Shown in pieces: positions 8,011 to 17,531 of a DNA stretch of 32,603 bases (its first letter is position 1; each line of letters starts with the position of its first letter). Position numbers and translations under genes: made by a program. The DNA comes from Armatimonadota bacterium (GTDB lineage Bacteria > Armatimonadota > SYMT01): positions 62,188-94,790 of the forward strand of contig JBKBRF010000027.1 of assembly GCA_046292385.1 (NCBI GenBank), given 5' to 3'. The notes beneath the pieces were generated by a model, which did no database searches, was not told the DNA's origin, and saw only the letters and a program-made list of their open reading frames with translations.

Positions 8011-8898
8011 ATGGAGAAGAGACGAGTCCTGGTGACCGGCGCGTCCGGCTACGTCGCCTCGCAGATGCTGCCGACCCTGCGGGAGCGGTACGACTGCCTG
8101 CTGGTCGATGCGCGCACCACCGATGCGGAGGGCCGCGAGATCGAGGGGATCCGGCTGGCTGACCTGACCCGCACCGACTACGACGCCAACCGCGAGCTGT
8201 TCCGCGGCATCGACACGGTGGTCCACCTCGCCTACGTGAGCCCGGTGGGCGGGATGGGGGCCCGCACCCCCGCGAGCTACTACGTCGAGCGCACCAACGT
8301 CGACATGGCGTTCCACGTCTACCAGCTTTCCCTGGAGGAGGGAGTCCGGCGGGTGGTAGTCGCGAGCAGCAACCACGCGGCGGACTGGTACGAGGGGCAG
8401 GTCCACGCCAAGAGGCGGGACATCGTCGATCCCTGGGAGCGGGCGGTCAGCGACAACTACTACGGCTGGGCCAAAGAGGCGTATGAGCACCTGGGATTCG
8501 TCTACGCCACCGGCAACCTGGGACGGAAGCTGGAGAACGTACAGATCCGGATCGGCGCGCCGCGCCCCATCGTGGCGGAGCAGTTCCTGGAGGACCCCGT
8601 CGGCTACGCGCGCGACCTCGGCGCCTATATCAGCCCCCGCGATCTGACGCAGCTCTTCGTGCGCAGTATCGACGCGGACGACATCCGGGACGCGCACCAG
8701 ATTCCGTTCCAGATCTTCTTCGGGATCTCGGACAACACGCGGAAGTTCTGGAGCATCACCAACGCACGGCGGGTGGTCGGCTACGAGCCGCAGGACGATT
8801 CCGAAGTCGTGTTCCAGGACGGGGTCCGCCGCATCCTGATGCCGCTGGAAGGCCCGGTCCCCGCTCGTGAGTTCCGGCGCGCGCCCGGAACACAATAA
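8011..8898 (+). CDS. NAD(P)-dependent epimerase/dehydratase family protein (uronate dehydrogenase-like SDR)
   Basis: GGAGG RBS before ATG 8011; VLVTGASGYVA Rossmann motif; ASSNHA; YGWAK (YxxxK); IRIG; GYEPQDDSE. Confidence 0.85.
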   Translation: MEKRRVLVTGASGYVASQMLPTLRERYDCLLVDARTTDAEGREIEGIRLADLTRTDYDANRELFRGIDTVVHLAYVSPVGGMGARTPASYYVERTNVDMAFHVYQLSLEEGVRRVVVASSNHAADWYEGQVHAKRRDIVDPWERAVSDNYYGWAKEAYEHLGFVYATGNLGRKLENVQIRIGAPRPIVAEQFLEDPVGYARDLGAYISPRDLTQLFVRSIDADDIRDAHQIPFQIFFGISDNTRKFWSITNARRVVGYEPQDDSEVVFQDGVRRILMPLEGPVPAREFRRAPGTQ

Positions 8899-9032
8899 AC
8901 TGCGAGGGTGCAGAGGCAAGACGAAGATTCTATTAAGAAGGAGTTGCGTCTCCGGCGAAGAATACACTTTCACCCGTCCTGAACTGGACCCCCTGTTGCC
9001 CGTGGTCGAGCGCTGCTCGGCAGAGGTGATCG

Positions 9033-10793
9033 ATGTCCGCTGGCGAGTGGAGTGTGTCGCGACGCGGCCGCGTGCCGCGACTGCTGATAGCGGGTGCGTC
9101 TCTGCTGGCCGTCGCGGCCGCGTGGAAGCTCTTTCCCTCCGCGTCGGCGCGTCCCGAGTCGCCCTCCGTTCCGGTCCGGTTCACCAACGTCACCGCGGAG
9201 GCGGGGATCGACTTCCGGCACAACAGCGGCGCGCGCGGCAAGAAGTACATGCCGGAGACGGTCGGCGCCGGCTGCGGGTGGATCGACTACAACAGCGACG
9301 GCTGGCCCGACCTCTTCTTCGTGAACGGGAGCGACTGGCCGGATAGCGAGAAGCGTAAGCCGTCGTATCCCTCGCTGTACCGGAATAACCGGGACGGCAC
9401 CTTTTCGGAGGTCACGGAGGCAGCCGGTCTGAAGACCGAGCGCTACGGCATGGGCGTGGCGGTCGGCGATTTCGACAACGACGGACTCCCGGACCTCTAC
9501 CTCACCTGCATCGGCCCCAACGTGCTCTACCGCAACCGGGGAGACGGCACCTTTCAGGACGTCACGGCGCGGTCGGGCGTGGCCGGGGAGGCGGTAGAGG
9601 TGGGCGGTCTCCGGTGGAAGTGGAGCTCCAGCCCGGCCTGGATCGACTACAACCGCGACGGCCGGTTGGACCTGTTCGTCGGCAACTACGTGAGCTGGAC
9701 TCCGCAGACCGACGTCTGGTGCGGCACTCGCGACGGCCGGAAGGCCTACTGCCCGCCCAACTCTTTCGCCGGCGTGCCGTCGCTCCTCTACCGGAACGAA
9801 GGCGACGGACGATTCCGCAACGTCAGCGCGGAGACCGGCATCGGCGACTTCGTGGGGAAGAGCTTCGGAGTCGCCGTGGCGGACTACAACGCCGACGGAT
9901 GGCTCGACCTGGCCGTGGCGAACGACACCAGCCCCAACTTCCTCTTCCTGAACCAGGAGGGGAAGCGCTTCGAGGAGCGGGGACTGGAAGCCGGCATCGC
10001 GCTCTCGAACATGGGGCACGCCAAGGCCGGTATGGGAATCGACGCGGCCGATTGGGGAAACAACGGCAGGTGGGGGCTCCTGGTCGGCAACTTCTCCGAA
10101 GAGTGTCTCTCGCTCTATGAGAACGACGGCAAGGGGTTGTTCACGGACCGGACCTACCCGATGGGCATGGGCGAGACGAGCCTCACCTCTCTCACGTTCG
10201 GAGCGTTCTTCTTCGATTTTGACCTGGATGGGTGGCAGGACGCGTTCGCCGCGAACGGGCACATCGACACCTTCGTGAACGAGAACAACGCGCAGATCAC
10301 CTACGAGCAGCGCCCCCTCCTGTTCCGCAGCGAGCAGGGCGAGCGGTTTCGGGAGGTCGGAGAGACCTCCGGTCGCGCCCTGTCGGAGCGGATGGTGCTG
10401 CGGGGTACCGCCTTCGCGGACTACGATCGGGACGGCGACCTCGACATCGCGGCAGTCTGGAACAACGGGCCTGCCCGCCTCTGGCGCAACGACGGCGGCA
10501 ACCGCAACCGGTGGATCCGGCTGGAGCTCCGGGGCAAGCGCGCCAACCGCGACGGAATCGGCGCGGTCGTCTCCGTCACCGCCGGCGGGATGACCCGGCA
10601 GCACCTCGTAAAGAGCGGGTCCAGCTTCCTCTCCCAGAGCGAGCTTCCGCTCACCGTGGGCCTCGGCTCCGCCGAGCGCGCCGACCGCGTAGAGGTCCGC
10701 TGGGCGAACGGAGATCGCGACACCTGGAGCGGGCTCGAGGCAGGTCATCACTATTACCTGGAGCAGGGAGGGCAACCGGAACGCGCCAGGTAA
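9033..10793 (+). CDS. CRTAC1-family protein (FG-GAP/VCBS beta-propeller + ASPIC/UnbV domain)
   Basis: N-terminal hydrophobic segment; seven DxDxDG-type repeats (e.g. DYNSDGWPD, DFDNDGLPD, DYDRDGDLD; one degenerate); C-terminal SFLSQS...GLG...VEVRW. Confidence 0.92.
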   Translation: MSAGEWSVSRRGRVPRLLIAGASLLAVAAAWKLFPSASARPESPSVPVRFTNVTAEAGIDFRHNSGARGKKYMPETVGAGCGWIDYNSDGWPDLFFVNGSDWPDSEKRKPSYPSLYRNNRDGTFSEVTEAAGLKTERYGMGVAVGDFDNDGLPDLYLTCIGPNVLYRNRGDGTFQDVTARSGVAGEAVEVGGLRWKWSSSPAWIDYNRDGRLDLFVGNYVSWTPQTDVWCGTRDGRKAYCPPNSFAGVPSLLYRNEGDGRFRNVSAETGIGDFVGKSFGVAVADYNADGWLDLAVANDTSPNFLFLNQEGKRFEERGLEAGIALSNMGHAKAGMGIDAADWGNNGRWGLLVGNFSEECLSLYENDGKGLFTDRTYPMGMGETSLTSLTFGAFFFDFDLDGWQDAFAANGHIDTFVNENNAQITYEQRPLLFRSEQGERFREVGETSGRALSERMVLRGTAFADYDRDGDLDIAAVWNNGPARLWRNDGGNRNRWIRLELRGKRANRDGIGAVVSVTAGGMTRQHLVKSGSSFLSQSELPLTVGLGSAERADRVEVRWANGDRDTWSGLEAGHHYYLEQGGQPERAR

Positions 10794-10828
10794 GGGCACC
10801 GGTCCCCCAGGCCGGGAAAGGAGGAGCG

Positions 10829-11101
10829 ATGCAGGTCGACAACAAGATTGTCGCCGCGGTCATCGTGGCCGTGCTGATCGTTATCGGGGCTGCCGGCTGG
10901 GCCACCTTCCGCACGAAGGAGACCCCCCGCCCGGCCAATCTCGATGCGATGATGCGAGAGAAGAACCCCGCATTCCAGCAGGGCGGTCAGCAGGCCTATC
11001 CCACGAGCGGAAGCATGCCTCCGCGCGGGATGATGCCCGCAGGGGCGATGCAGCCGGGCAGACCCGGCGGCAACGGCCCCGGGACGGGGGGTGGGATGTA
11101 G
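10829..11101 (+). CDS. Small single-TM protein (90 aa) with Gly/Pro/Met-rich tail
   Basis: Strong AAGGAGGAG RBS before ATG 10829; MQVDNKIVAAVIVAVLIVIGAAGWATF; lies between co-oriented genes. Confidence 0.8.
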   Translation: MQVDNKIVAAVIVAVLIVIGAAGWATFRTKETPRPANLDAMMREKNPAFQQGGQQAYPTSGSMPPRGMMPAGAMQPGRPGGNGPGTGGGM

Positions 11102-11156
11102 CGGAAAGTGACCTCGGCACGGGCTCGTGACCGAGCAAGGAACTTGAGGAGACTCG

Positions 11157-11954
11157 ATGATGAAAATGAGATCGAGGAGACCTGAACACGGGTGGAGGAG
11201 GGCATTCACGCTCATTGAGCTGCTGGTAGTGATCGCGATCATCGCCATACTTGCGGCAATCCTCTTCCCGGTCTTCGCGCAGGCACGCGGGAAGGCACGC
11301 GCCACCGCCTGTCTTTCGAACCTGAAGCAGATCCTGACCGCCTCCGGGATGTACAGCCAGGACTACGACGAGCGAATGGTGCCGTCGTGGCTGAACTACC
11401 AGCCGCAGGACTGGCGCGCCACCTGGTCCGGGATGCTGCAGCCGTACATGAAGAACTTCGGGATTGCGGAGTGCCCGGACGTGGCGGACGGCTGGGGCAC
11501 GCACACCCACGTGCGACCGGACCGGCCGGACCGGCACACCCCGCTCGGCTACGGCCACGTCCACGACACCATCGGCTGGGACGGCTCGGTATCGCTGGCC
11601 GCCGTCTCCCGCCCGGCGGACATCGTCTACTACGTCGACTCGGCGGCGATCTTCGACGGTGCGGACCCGTGGCAAGGGATGAACACCGCCTTCGACAAGT
11701 ACCTGATCAACCCGGACCTTCCGAACCCCGGGAACCGTCAGGTGCCGGCCATGATCATCCGCAGCCCCAACCAGTACATCGACGGGGCCGCCGGCTGGTG
11801 CTCGGTCGACGTGCCGATTGCCCGCCACCAGGGGATGGCCAACGTCGGCTACGCGGACGGTCACGCGAAGGCGATGCGCCCGAGCCGCTTCTGGATCCGT
11901 ACGCGGGCCGAATGGAACAACCGACCGGATAACGCGTTCCGCCTGAGCCCGTAG
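11157..11954 (+). CDS. DUF1559 prepilin-type N-terminal cleavage/methylation protein with H-X9-DG motif
   Basis: [62 protein letters not shown]. Confidence 0.93.
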   Translation: MMKMRSRRPEHGWRRAFTLIELLVVIAIIAILAAILFPVFAQARGKARATACLSNLKQILTASGMYSQDYDERMVPSWLNYQPQDWRATWSGMLQPYMKNFGIAECPDVADGWGTHTHVRPDRPDRHTPLGYGHVHDTIGWDGSVSLAAVSRPADIVYYVDSAAIFDGADPWQGMNTAFDKYLINPDLPNPGNRQVPAMIIRSPNQYIDGAAGWCSVDVPIARHQGMANVGYADGHAKAMRPSRFWIRTRAEWNNRPDNAFRLSP

Positions 11955-11963
11955 GGCGTCCCG

Positions 11964-11993
11964 GCATGGGCCGGCCGACCGGCCGGTCCATGC
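11964..11993 (+). terminator. Intra-operon hairpin after the DUF1559 gene
   Basis: 13-bp stem (one G-U) GCATGGGCCGGCC/GGCCGGTCCATGC followed by a pyrimidine-rich tract. Confidence 0.45.
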
Positions 11994-12022
11994 ACCCCTT
12001 TCCAACCTTTCTGAAAGCCGTT

Positions 12023-14008
12023 ATGCAGATCCGCACGCCCACCTCTCGTCCCGTCACTCTGCCGTGGCGCCGCGCCGCGCAGGCGGAGCGCGGTCACGGC
12101 TCTCGCCGCCGCCTGATCGCGCTGTCGTGCTGCCTGCTGGCCGCGACCGCGGTGCTGGTCGCCGCTCGCCCCTGGACCCGGTACTCGGACGAAGTGCCGC
12201 CGCGCTTCCTGGTTCCCTCGCTGGTGGAGCTCTCCCAGGGAGCTCCCAAGTCAGCGGCCGCGCACCTGCGGACGGCGGAGGCGCTGGCGGAGCACGGCCA
12301 CCACCTGAGCGCGCTCGAGCACTTCGAGGCGGCGCGGGAGATGGGCGTCCGGACGCCGGCCGCGCTGCGGCTCCACGCGCAGTCGCTGATGGTTCTGGGG
12401 CGCGAGGAAGAAGCGGAAGGGCTCTACGGGGAGCTGGTGCAGGCTCAGCCGGCCGATCTCGACGCGCTGCTGCGACTGACGGTAACGCAGGTACAGCTCT
12501 CGAAGCGGGAGGCGGCGCGGACCACGCTGGAAAGGTTGATCGCCGCGGCGCCGGAAGGCTCGCGCGAGCGGCCCGCGGTGCTCCGGGAAGCCGTACAGGC
12601 GTACTTTACGCTGGGCGATGTAAAGCGCTCCCTGGCGCTGGCGAGGGAGTACTCGACGACGGCCCCCGATGACCCGGGCGGACACGTAGCGGTGGCAAAG
12701 TCCGCGAGGGGTACCGGAGACCTGAAAGCGGCAATCGCCGCGCTGGAGCAGGCCCGGGAGCTGGCCCCCAGGGACGGCACGGTGCTGATGCTCCTGGCCC
12801 AGGCCCGCTACGCCCGCGATGGCTACCGCTACACGCCGCAGGTAGTGGCCGGCCTCCAGAAGGCGGTAGAGCTGGATCCCTACCTGGGCCAGGCCCACTA
12901 CTACCTGGGCGAGTACTATGCCACGCGCAAGATGTGGGCGCACTCCGCGGGGGAGTTCCTCAAGGCGCACGACCTCGGCGCCGAGCCGGTGCGGGCGCTT
13001 CGCGGCGTGGCTGAGTCGTGCCGCCTGGCGGGGAAGAAGCTGGAAGGCTTCTTCCGGATGGGCCAGTACTACGAGGCGCAGAGCCTGACGGACCAGGCGC
13101 TCGAGCAGTATTCCCGCATCTGGAAGACGCAGTCGTGCTGCGCCAGCGGCTTCGCGCACCACAGCGACGCGCTGCGGCGGGCACGCAAGATCCCGGAGGC
13201 GCTGCAGATCGTAGAGCGCGGGCTGAAGTCTGTCCCGGGAGACATCTCCCTGACTCGCCGCAAGTCGGAGCTGTTCATACTGCTGGGCCGCCTCGACGAG
13301 GCGAAGCCACTGCTCCAGGACCTGCTGGAGCGGGATGAGAAGACCCGTGCCGGCACTTTTCAGGATCTGGCGGCGATCGCCGCCGTGCAGGCGAGCTACG
13401 ACGAGGCGGAGGAGTACTACCTGAGGAGCCTCGCCGAAGAGCCCTCGTCCACCGACACGCGCATTCGCCTCGGCAAGCTCTACCTGCAGCGGCGGACTCT
13501 CGGCGACCGGCTGAAACGCGCCGAGGCACAGTTCCAGTGGCTGGTAGAGAACGCCCCGACGATGGATGAGCCGCACGGGCTGCTGGCGGAAGTCTACTCC
13601 TACCAGGGGCGGCTGAACGAGGCGTCTCAGCTCGTGCGGCACGCCATCGATCTCGCCCCGGGACGCGGCGCCTACTACCTGCAGCTCGGCCAGCTCTGCC
13701 AGAAGTCGGGAGATCCGGAGCGGGCAGCCTGGGCACTGGCGGAGTACCGTAAGTTCCAGGGCTTCGAGCGCGCGATCGGCGACTTCAACCGCCGTATCCG
13801 CGCAAACCCCAACGACGGCAAGCTCCGCCTGGAGTTTGGGCAGTTCCTGCTCCACGCGGGCGACTACCAGGCGGCCGCGCGCGAGCTCCAGGTGGCGGGT
13901 GCACAGCAGCCGAAGTCGCGGGAAGTCCGGGCCGCCCTGGCGACGGCTTATGACGGCCTGGGCCGGAGCGCCGATGCCGCGGAGCAGCGGCTGCTGGCTT
14001 CCCAGTAG
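12023..14008 (+). CDS. Tetratricopeptide repeat protein with N-terminal membrane anchor
   Basis: Hydrophobic LIALSCCLLAATAVLVAA segment, then many TPR-like units (e.g. KAVELDPYLGQAHYYLGEYY, HAIDLAPGRGAYYLQLGQL). Start uncertain (11990 or 12023). Confidence 0.88.
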   Translation: MQIRTPTSRPVTLPWRRAAQAERGHGSRRRLIALSCCLLAATAVLVAARPWTRYSDEVPPRFLVPSLVELSQGAPKSAAAHLRTAEALAEHGHHLSALEHFEAAREMGVRTPAALRLHAQSLMVLGREEEAEGLYGELVQAQPADLDALLRLTVTQVQLSKREAARTTLERLIAAAPEGSRERPAVLREAVQAYFTLGDVKRSLALAREYSTTAPDDPGGHVAVAKSARGTGDLKAAIAALEQARELAPRDGTVLMLLAQARYARDGYRYTPQVVAGLQKAVELDPYLGQAHYYLGEYYATRKMWAHSAGEFLKAHDLGAEPVRALRGVAESCRLAGKKLEGFFRMGQYYEAQSLTDQALEQYSRIWKTQSCCASGFAHHSDALRRARKIPEALQIVERGLKSVPGDISLTRRKSELFILLGRLDEAKPLLQDLLERDEKTRAGTFQDLAAIAAVQASYDEAEEYYLRSLAEEPSSTDTRIRLGKLYLQRRTLGDRLKRAEAQFQWLVENAPTMDEPHGLLAEVYSYQGRLNEASQLVRHAIDLAPGRGAYYLQLGQLCQKSGDPERAAWALAEYRKFQGFERAIGDFNRRIRANPNDGKLRLEFGQFLLHAGDYQAAARELQVAGAQQPKSREVRAALATAYDGLGRSADAAEQRLLASQ

Positions 14009-14019
14009 GACGCAAGACG

Positions 14020-14892
14020 ATGCAGAAGCGATCGATCTGGCGAAGTGGCTGGCTCTGGGCCTGCGCTGCGGCCGTCCTGATCGCCGCGGTCGGGCTGGAG
14101 GCCTCCGGCGTGTTCCGGCCGGTGCCGTCCGCCGCGGAATTGACCCGCCGCATGAGCGACGCCTGGGCGTCGGTAGAGAGCTACTCCGCCCTCGCGATGG
14201 TAGGCGGGCAGGCTACGGCGGGGCCCGTCGGCAACGCGAACCTACGGTGGGAGCGGAGCGGGAAGCAGGGGGTTCGCGCTCCGGATCTCGGCGGCTTCTT
14301 CCACCAGGAAGTCCTGGAGGGAAACACCCGGCTCTACTACCAGCCGGGGGCGGAGGTGCTGGCTTCGATTGAGATCGCAGGCCTTCAGCAGTCCCCCTAC
14401 GGAGCCTGGCGCGCCTGTGGCTATCCCGGAATTCACGACGTGGTACGGGTGGTTCAGGAGGCCGGCGAGGTACGCGTGGTGGGCGAGTCGCGGGTGGACG
14501 GCCGCCCGACCGTCACCCTCGCCGTCGTCCCGCACTTTCCGGAGGAGCTGCGCGGCTTCCAGGGGCTGGAGCGGGAGTTCTACGGGGCTCGGCTTTCGGT
14601 GCCGTGGACCGTCGACCTGGATGCCGCGACGTACCTCCCGGTCCGGGCCGACGTGGAGGGCTTCGAGCGTTCGGACGGCTGGAGCGTGACGTTCCGCTCC
14701 GTACGGCTCAACGAGAAGCTCGACTGGAAGCTGCCGGCAAAGGAAAACGCCGCGCGAGTCCGCTTCACCGCCGACCTCCGACGTCCGGAGACTCTGCGAG
14801 CGGCGGAGATCCGGCTGGCGGAGAGTCTCCGGAGCTGGAAGGAGCGGATGATGTCGCAGAAGCAGGGCGGAGGAGCGGCCGCGGGGGAGTGA
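14020..14892 (+). CDS. Exported protein with probable LolA/RseB-like fold
   Basis: N-terminal signal/TM segment; beta-rich pattern GESRVDGRPTVTL...WTVDLDAATYLPVRADV...VTFRSVRLN typical of LolA-like proteins; 11 nt after the TPR stop. Confidence 0.6.
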   Translation: MQKRSIWRSGWLWACAAAVLIAAVGLEASGVFRPVPSAAELTRRMSDAWASVESYSALAMVGGQATAGPVGNANLRWERSGKQGVRAPDLGGFFHQEVLEGNTRLYYQPGAEVLASIEIAGLQQSPYGAWRACGYPGIHDVVRVVQEAGEVRVVGESRVDGRPTVTLAVVPHFPEELRGFQGLEREFYGARLSVPWTVDLDAATYLPVRADVEGFERSDGWSVTFRSVRLNEKLDWKLPAKENAARVRFTADLRRPETLRAAEIRLAESLRSWKERMMSQKQGGGAAAGE

Positions 14893-14922
14893 TCCCGGGC
14901 CGCCTCCGCTGCCGCGCTGTGC

Positions 14923-15762
14923 TCAGGCGACGTGTCGCCGGATGTGCTCCAGGCCGCGGCGGGCGAGCTCTTCTTCCGAGTCGAAGAGGGGGCGCCAGAT
15001 GCAGGTCGCGGCTGCCAGCTCCGGCAGGCGGGAGCCGAACGCCTCGATCGTGAGCCAGCCGTCGTAGCCGCAGTCGCGGATCCCCTGGAACGTCTCCTCC
15101 CACCGGACGTGACCCTCGCCCGGCACGCCGCGGTGGTTTTCGGAGATGTGGACGTGGTTGATCCCCGCCGCGTTCGCCGTAATGCTCTCGCGGACGTCCC
15201 GCTCCTCGATATTCGCGTGGAAGCTGTCGTAGAGGTAGCCGTACCCGGGAACGTCCACTTCCCGCACGAGCCGGTCCGCGTCGGCGGCGGTGTTGAGGAA
15301 GTAGACTTCGAACCGGTTGAGCGGCTCGACCGAAAGCTTCACCCTCGCGTCCCGCGCGTGCTGTGCCGCCTCCCGCTGCACCTCCACGCACCAGGCCCAC
15401 TCCTCGTCGGTGCGGCCCCGGCCCTGCATGGCGCCGAGCGCGGAGTGGAACGGGCCGCAGAGCAGCTCCGCGCCGGCCGCGCGGCAGAGATCGATCCGCT
15501 GCTTCAGGGTGTCGACCGCCGCGCGGCGCACCGCCGGATCCGGGGAGATCGGGTTCGTCTCCGGCGTGCAGACCGTCACCGCCGTCCGCCCCAGCCCCAG
15601 GTTGTCCAGCTCCGCGCCCACGCGGCGCATCCCCGCCTCGTCCCCCTCGAACAGGGGCAGCTCCACGCCGTCAAAGCCGATCTCTTTCAGCCGCGCCAGC
15701 AGCGGAAAGTGCTCCTCCGTCACTCCCGCCGTCCAGAGCAGCAGGTTCATCCCAATCTTCAT
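14923..15762 (-). CDS. Sugar phosphate isomerase/epimerase, D-tagatose/D-psicose 3-epimerase-like TIM barrel
   Basis: GFDGVE, EPLNRFE, DSFHANIEE, HVHISENHRG and IEAF supply the Glu/Asp/His/Glu metal site. Confidence 0.9.
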   Translation of the reverse strand: MKIGMNLLLWTAGVTEEHFPLLARLKEIGFDGVELPLFEGDEAGMRRVGAELDNLGLGRTAVTVCTPETNPISPDPAVRRAAVDTLKQRIDLCRAAGAELLCGPFHSALGAMQGRGRTDEEWAWCVEVQREAAQHARDARVKLSVEPLNRFEVYFLNTAADADRLVREVDVPGYGYLYDSFHANIEERDVRESITANAAGINHVHISENHRGVPGEGHVRWEETFQGIRDCGYDGWLTIEAFGSRLPELAAATCIWRPLFDSEEELARRGLEHIRRHVA

Positions 15763-15783
15763 CAATCATTCCCTTCGTGTGTT

Positions 15784-15978
15784 GTGTAAGAAAAGGAGAT
15801 AAGGGGATGGAATTGGGGATGTGGGGATAGGAACCACCTTAGCTCTGCGGGTCCGGCGGCTGCGGGAACCTTACAATCCACCTACGGCGCCGGGGCCGCA
15901 GAAGCCGCACGTAAGGCGAGCGGGGCCAGAATCCATCCCCTTATCCCCAACTCATCCCCTTATCTCCTTTTCTTACAC
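15784..15978. repeat. 195-bp palindromic (MITE/REP-like) intergenic element
   Basis: Perfect 26-bp terminal inverted repeat GTGTAAGAAAAGGAGATAAGGGGATG (15784-15809/15953-15978), extending imperfectly inward through GGGGAT units; inner inverted repeat 15844-15858/15888-15902 (13/15). Confidence 0.85.
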
Positions 15979-15989
15979 TCCCCTGTAAT

Positions 15990-17138
15990 TCAAGCTCTCT
16001 CCACGTTGACCCACTGGCCGGTGCGGGCGGACTCTAGTACGGCATCCAGGACGAGCTGGGTGGCGAGCGCTTCACGGAAGCCGGGCCGGGCCGGGGTGCC
16101 GGTTTCCAGGCCGCGCAGGAAGTCGGCCAGGGCGTTCGTGAAGGTGTGCTCGTAGCCGATGGTGCAGCCGGGCACCCACCACTGCTTCATGTAGGGGTGC
16201 TCGAAGCCGGTGACGTGGATGCTGCGCCAGCCGTGCAGGTGGTCCGGGTCGGCGTGATCGTAGTACTGCAGCCGGTGCGGGTCTTCCAGGTCGAAGTAGA
16301 CCGACGACTGCTCCCCGTTTAGCTCCAGCGTGTTGTAGTTCTTCCGGCCGCGGGCGTAGCGGGTCGACTCGAAGAGCCCGAGCGAGCCGTTCTCGAAGCG
16401 GCACATGAACTGGCAGGCGTCGTCGATGGTGACCGGCTTCGTCTGCGTCGGATCGTCCTGCAGGGCACGCTCCTTCACGAAGATCTCGGTCATCCCGGTG
16501 ACGGCGGTGATCGGGCCGTTCAGCCAGAGCGCCGTGTCGACCGAGTGCGCTACCAGGTCGCCGGAGACGCCGGCGCCGGCCACGTCGGCGTCGAGGCGCC
16601 AGAGGGTGGCGCCACCGAGCGGCAGGTCGGGGTTGATGGTCCAATCCTGCAGGTACTGCGCGCGGTAGTGGAACGGCCGGCCGATGCGGCCTTCGTCGAC
16701 GATCTGCTTTGCCAGGGAGATGGCGGGCACGCGGCGGTAGTTGAACCATACCATGTTGGGGACGCCGGCCTTCTCCACCGCCTGCGTCATCTCCCGCGCT
16801 TCCGCGCCGTTCATCGCCAGCGGCTTCTCGCACAGCACCATCTTGCCCGCCGCGGCCGCTGCGAGGGCGATCTCCCGATGGCTGCTGTTCGGGCTGCAGA
16901 TGTCGATCGCGTCGATGTCGTCCCGCTCGATCAACCGGCGCCAGTCGGTCTCCACCGACTCCCAGCCCCAGTTCTCCGCAAAGGCGCGGGTCTTCTCCGG
17001 GTCTCGCGCGCAGGCAGCCTTCAGCACCGGCTCGTACTGCAGATCGAAGAAGCGCCCCACCTGCCGGTACGCGTTGGAGTGCGCCCGGCCCATGAAGCCG
17101 TACCCCACGATGGCAACGTTGATCTTCTTACGTGTCAT
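15990..17138 (-). CDS. Gfo/Idh/MocA family oxidoreductase
   Basis: [44 protein letters not shown]. Confidence 0.95.
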   Translation of the reverse strand: MTRKKINVAIVGYGFMGRAHSNAYRQVGRFFDLQYEPVLKAACARDPEKTRAFAENWGWESVETDWRRLIERDDIDAIDICSPNSSHREIALAAAAAGKMVLCEKPLAMNGAEAREMTQAVEKAGVPNMVWFNYRRVPAISLAKQIVDEGRIGRPFHYRAQYLQDWTINPDLPLGGATLWRLDADVAGAGVSGDLVAHSVDTALWLNGPITAVTGMTEIFVKERALQDDPTQTKPVTIDDACQFMCRFENGSLGLFESTRYARGRKNYNTLELNGEQSSVYFDLEDPHRLQYYDHADPDHLHGWRSIHVTGFEHPYMKQWWVPGCTIGYEHTFTNALADFLRGLETGTPARPGFREALATQLVLDAVLESARTGQWVNVERA

Positions 17139-17143
17139 GGTTC

Positions 17144-17529
17144 CTCCGAACCTGATTCACCACAGAGCGCACAGAGGGCACAGAGAGGGGAACAGCGGTT
17201 TGGGCGCTTCTCGCTTCACGCAAGCCGTGCTGCGGCCCCGGTCCGGACCTGATCACCGCAGAGGACGCGGAGAGCGCAGAGGGGACGCAGAGGGGGAAGT
17301 AGAGGGGATGGGCCTGGCTCACCTATCGGGCTCCGTACAGCGACCCCAGGCTTCGTCCCTTCTGGTTCCGCTTTGCGTCCATTGCGCTCTTGGCGGTTCA
17401 ATTCAGGTTCGGGTTCCTCTCTGCGTCCTTTGCGCACTCTGCGGTGATTTCCCCGTTCGGTTCCTCTCCGTGTCCTCTGTGCACTCTGTGGTGAATCAGG
17501 TGCGGAGAGCCTGCGTCTCTGCGGTGAGG
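17144..17529. repeat. Nested inverted repeats built from 9-nt tandem units (CACAGAGNN/CGCAGAGNN)
   Basis: Outer arms 17150-17188 and 17463-17501 match 36/39; inner arms about 17252-17283 and 17417-17448; extra half-copies near 17370-17409 and 17511-17529. Confidence 0.85.
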
Positions 17530-17531
17530 CA

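Noticed and set aside
17150..17529. Possible CRISPR array
   Set aside because: The repeats are inverted, degenerate and 9-nt periodic, without regular unique spacers; no cas genes are present.
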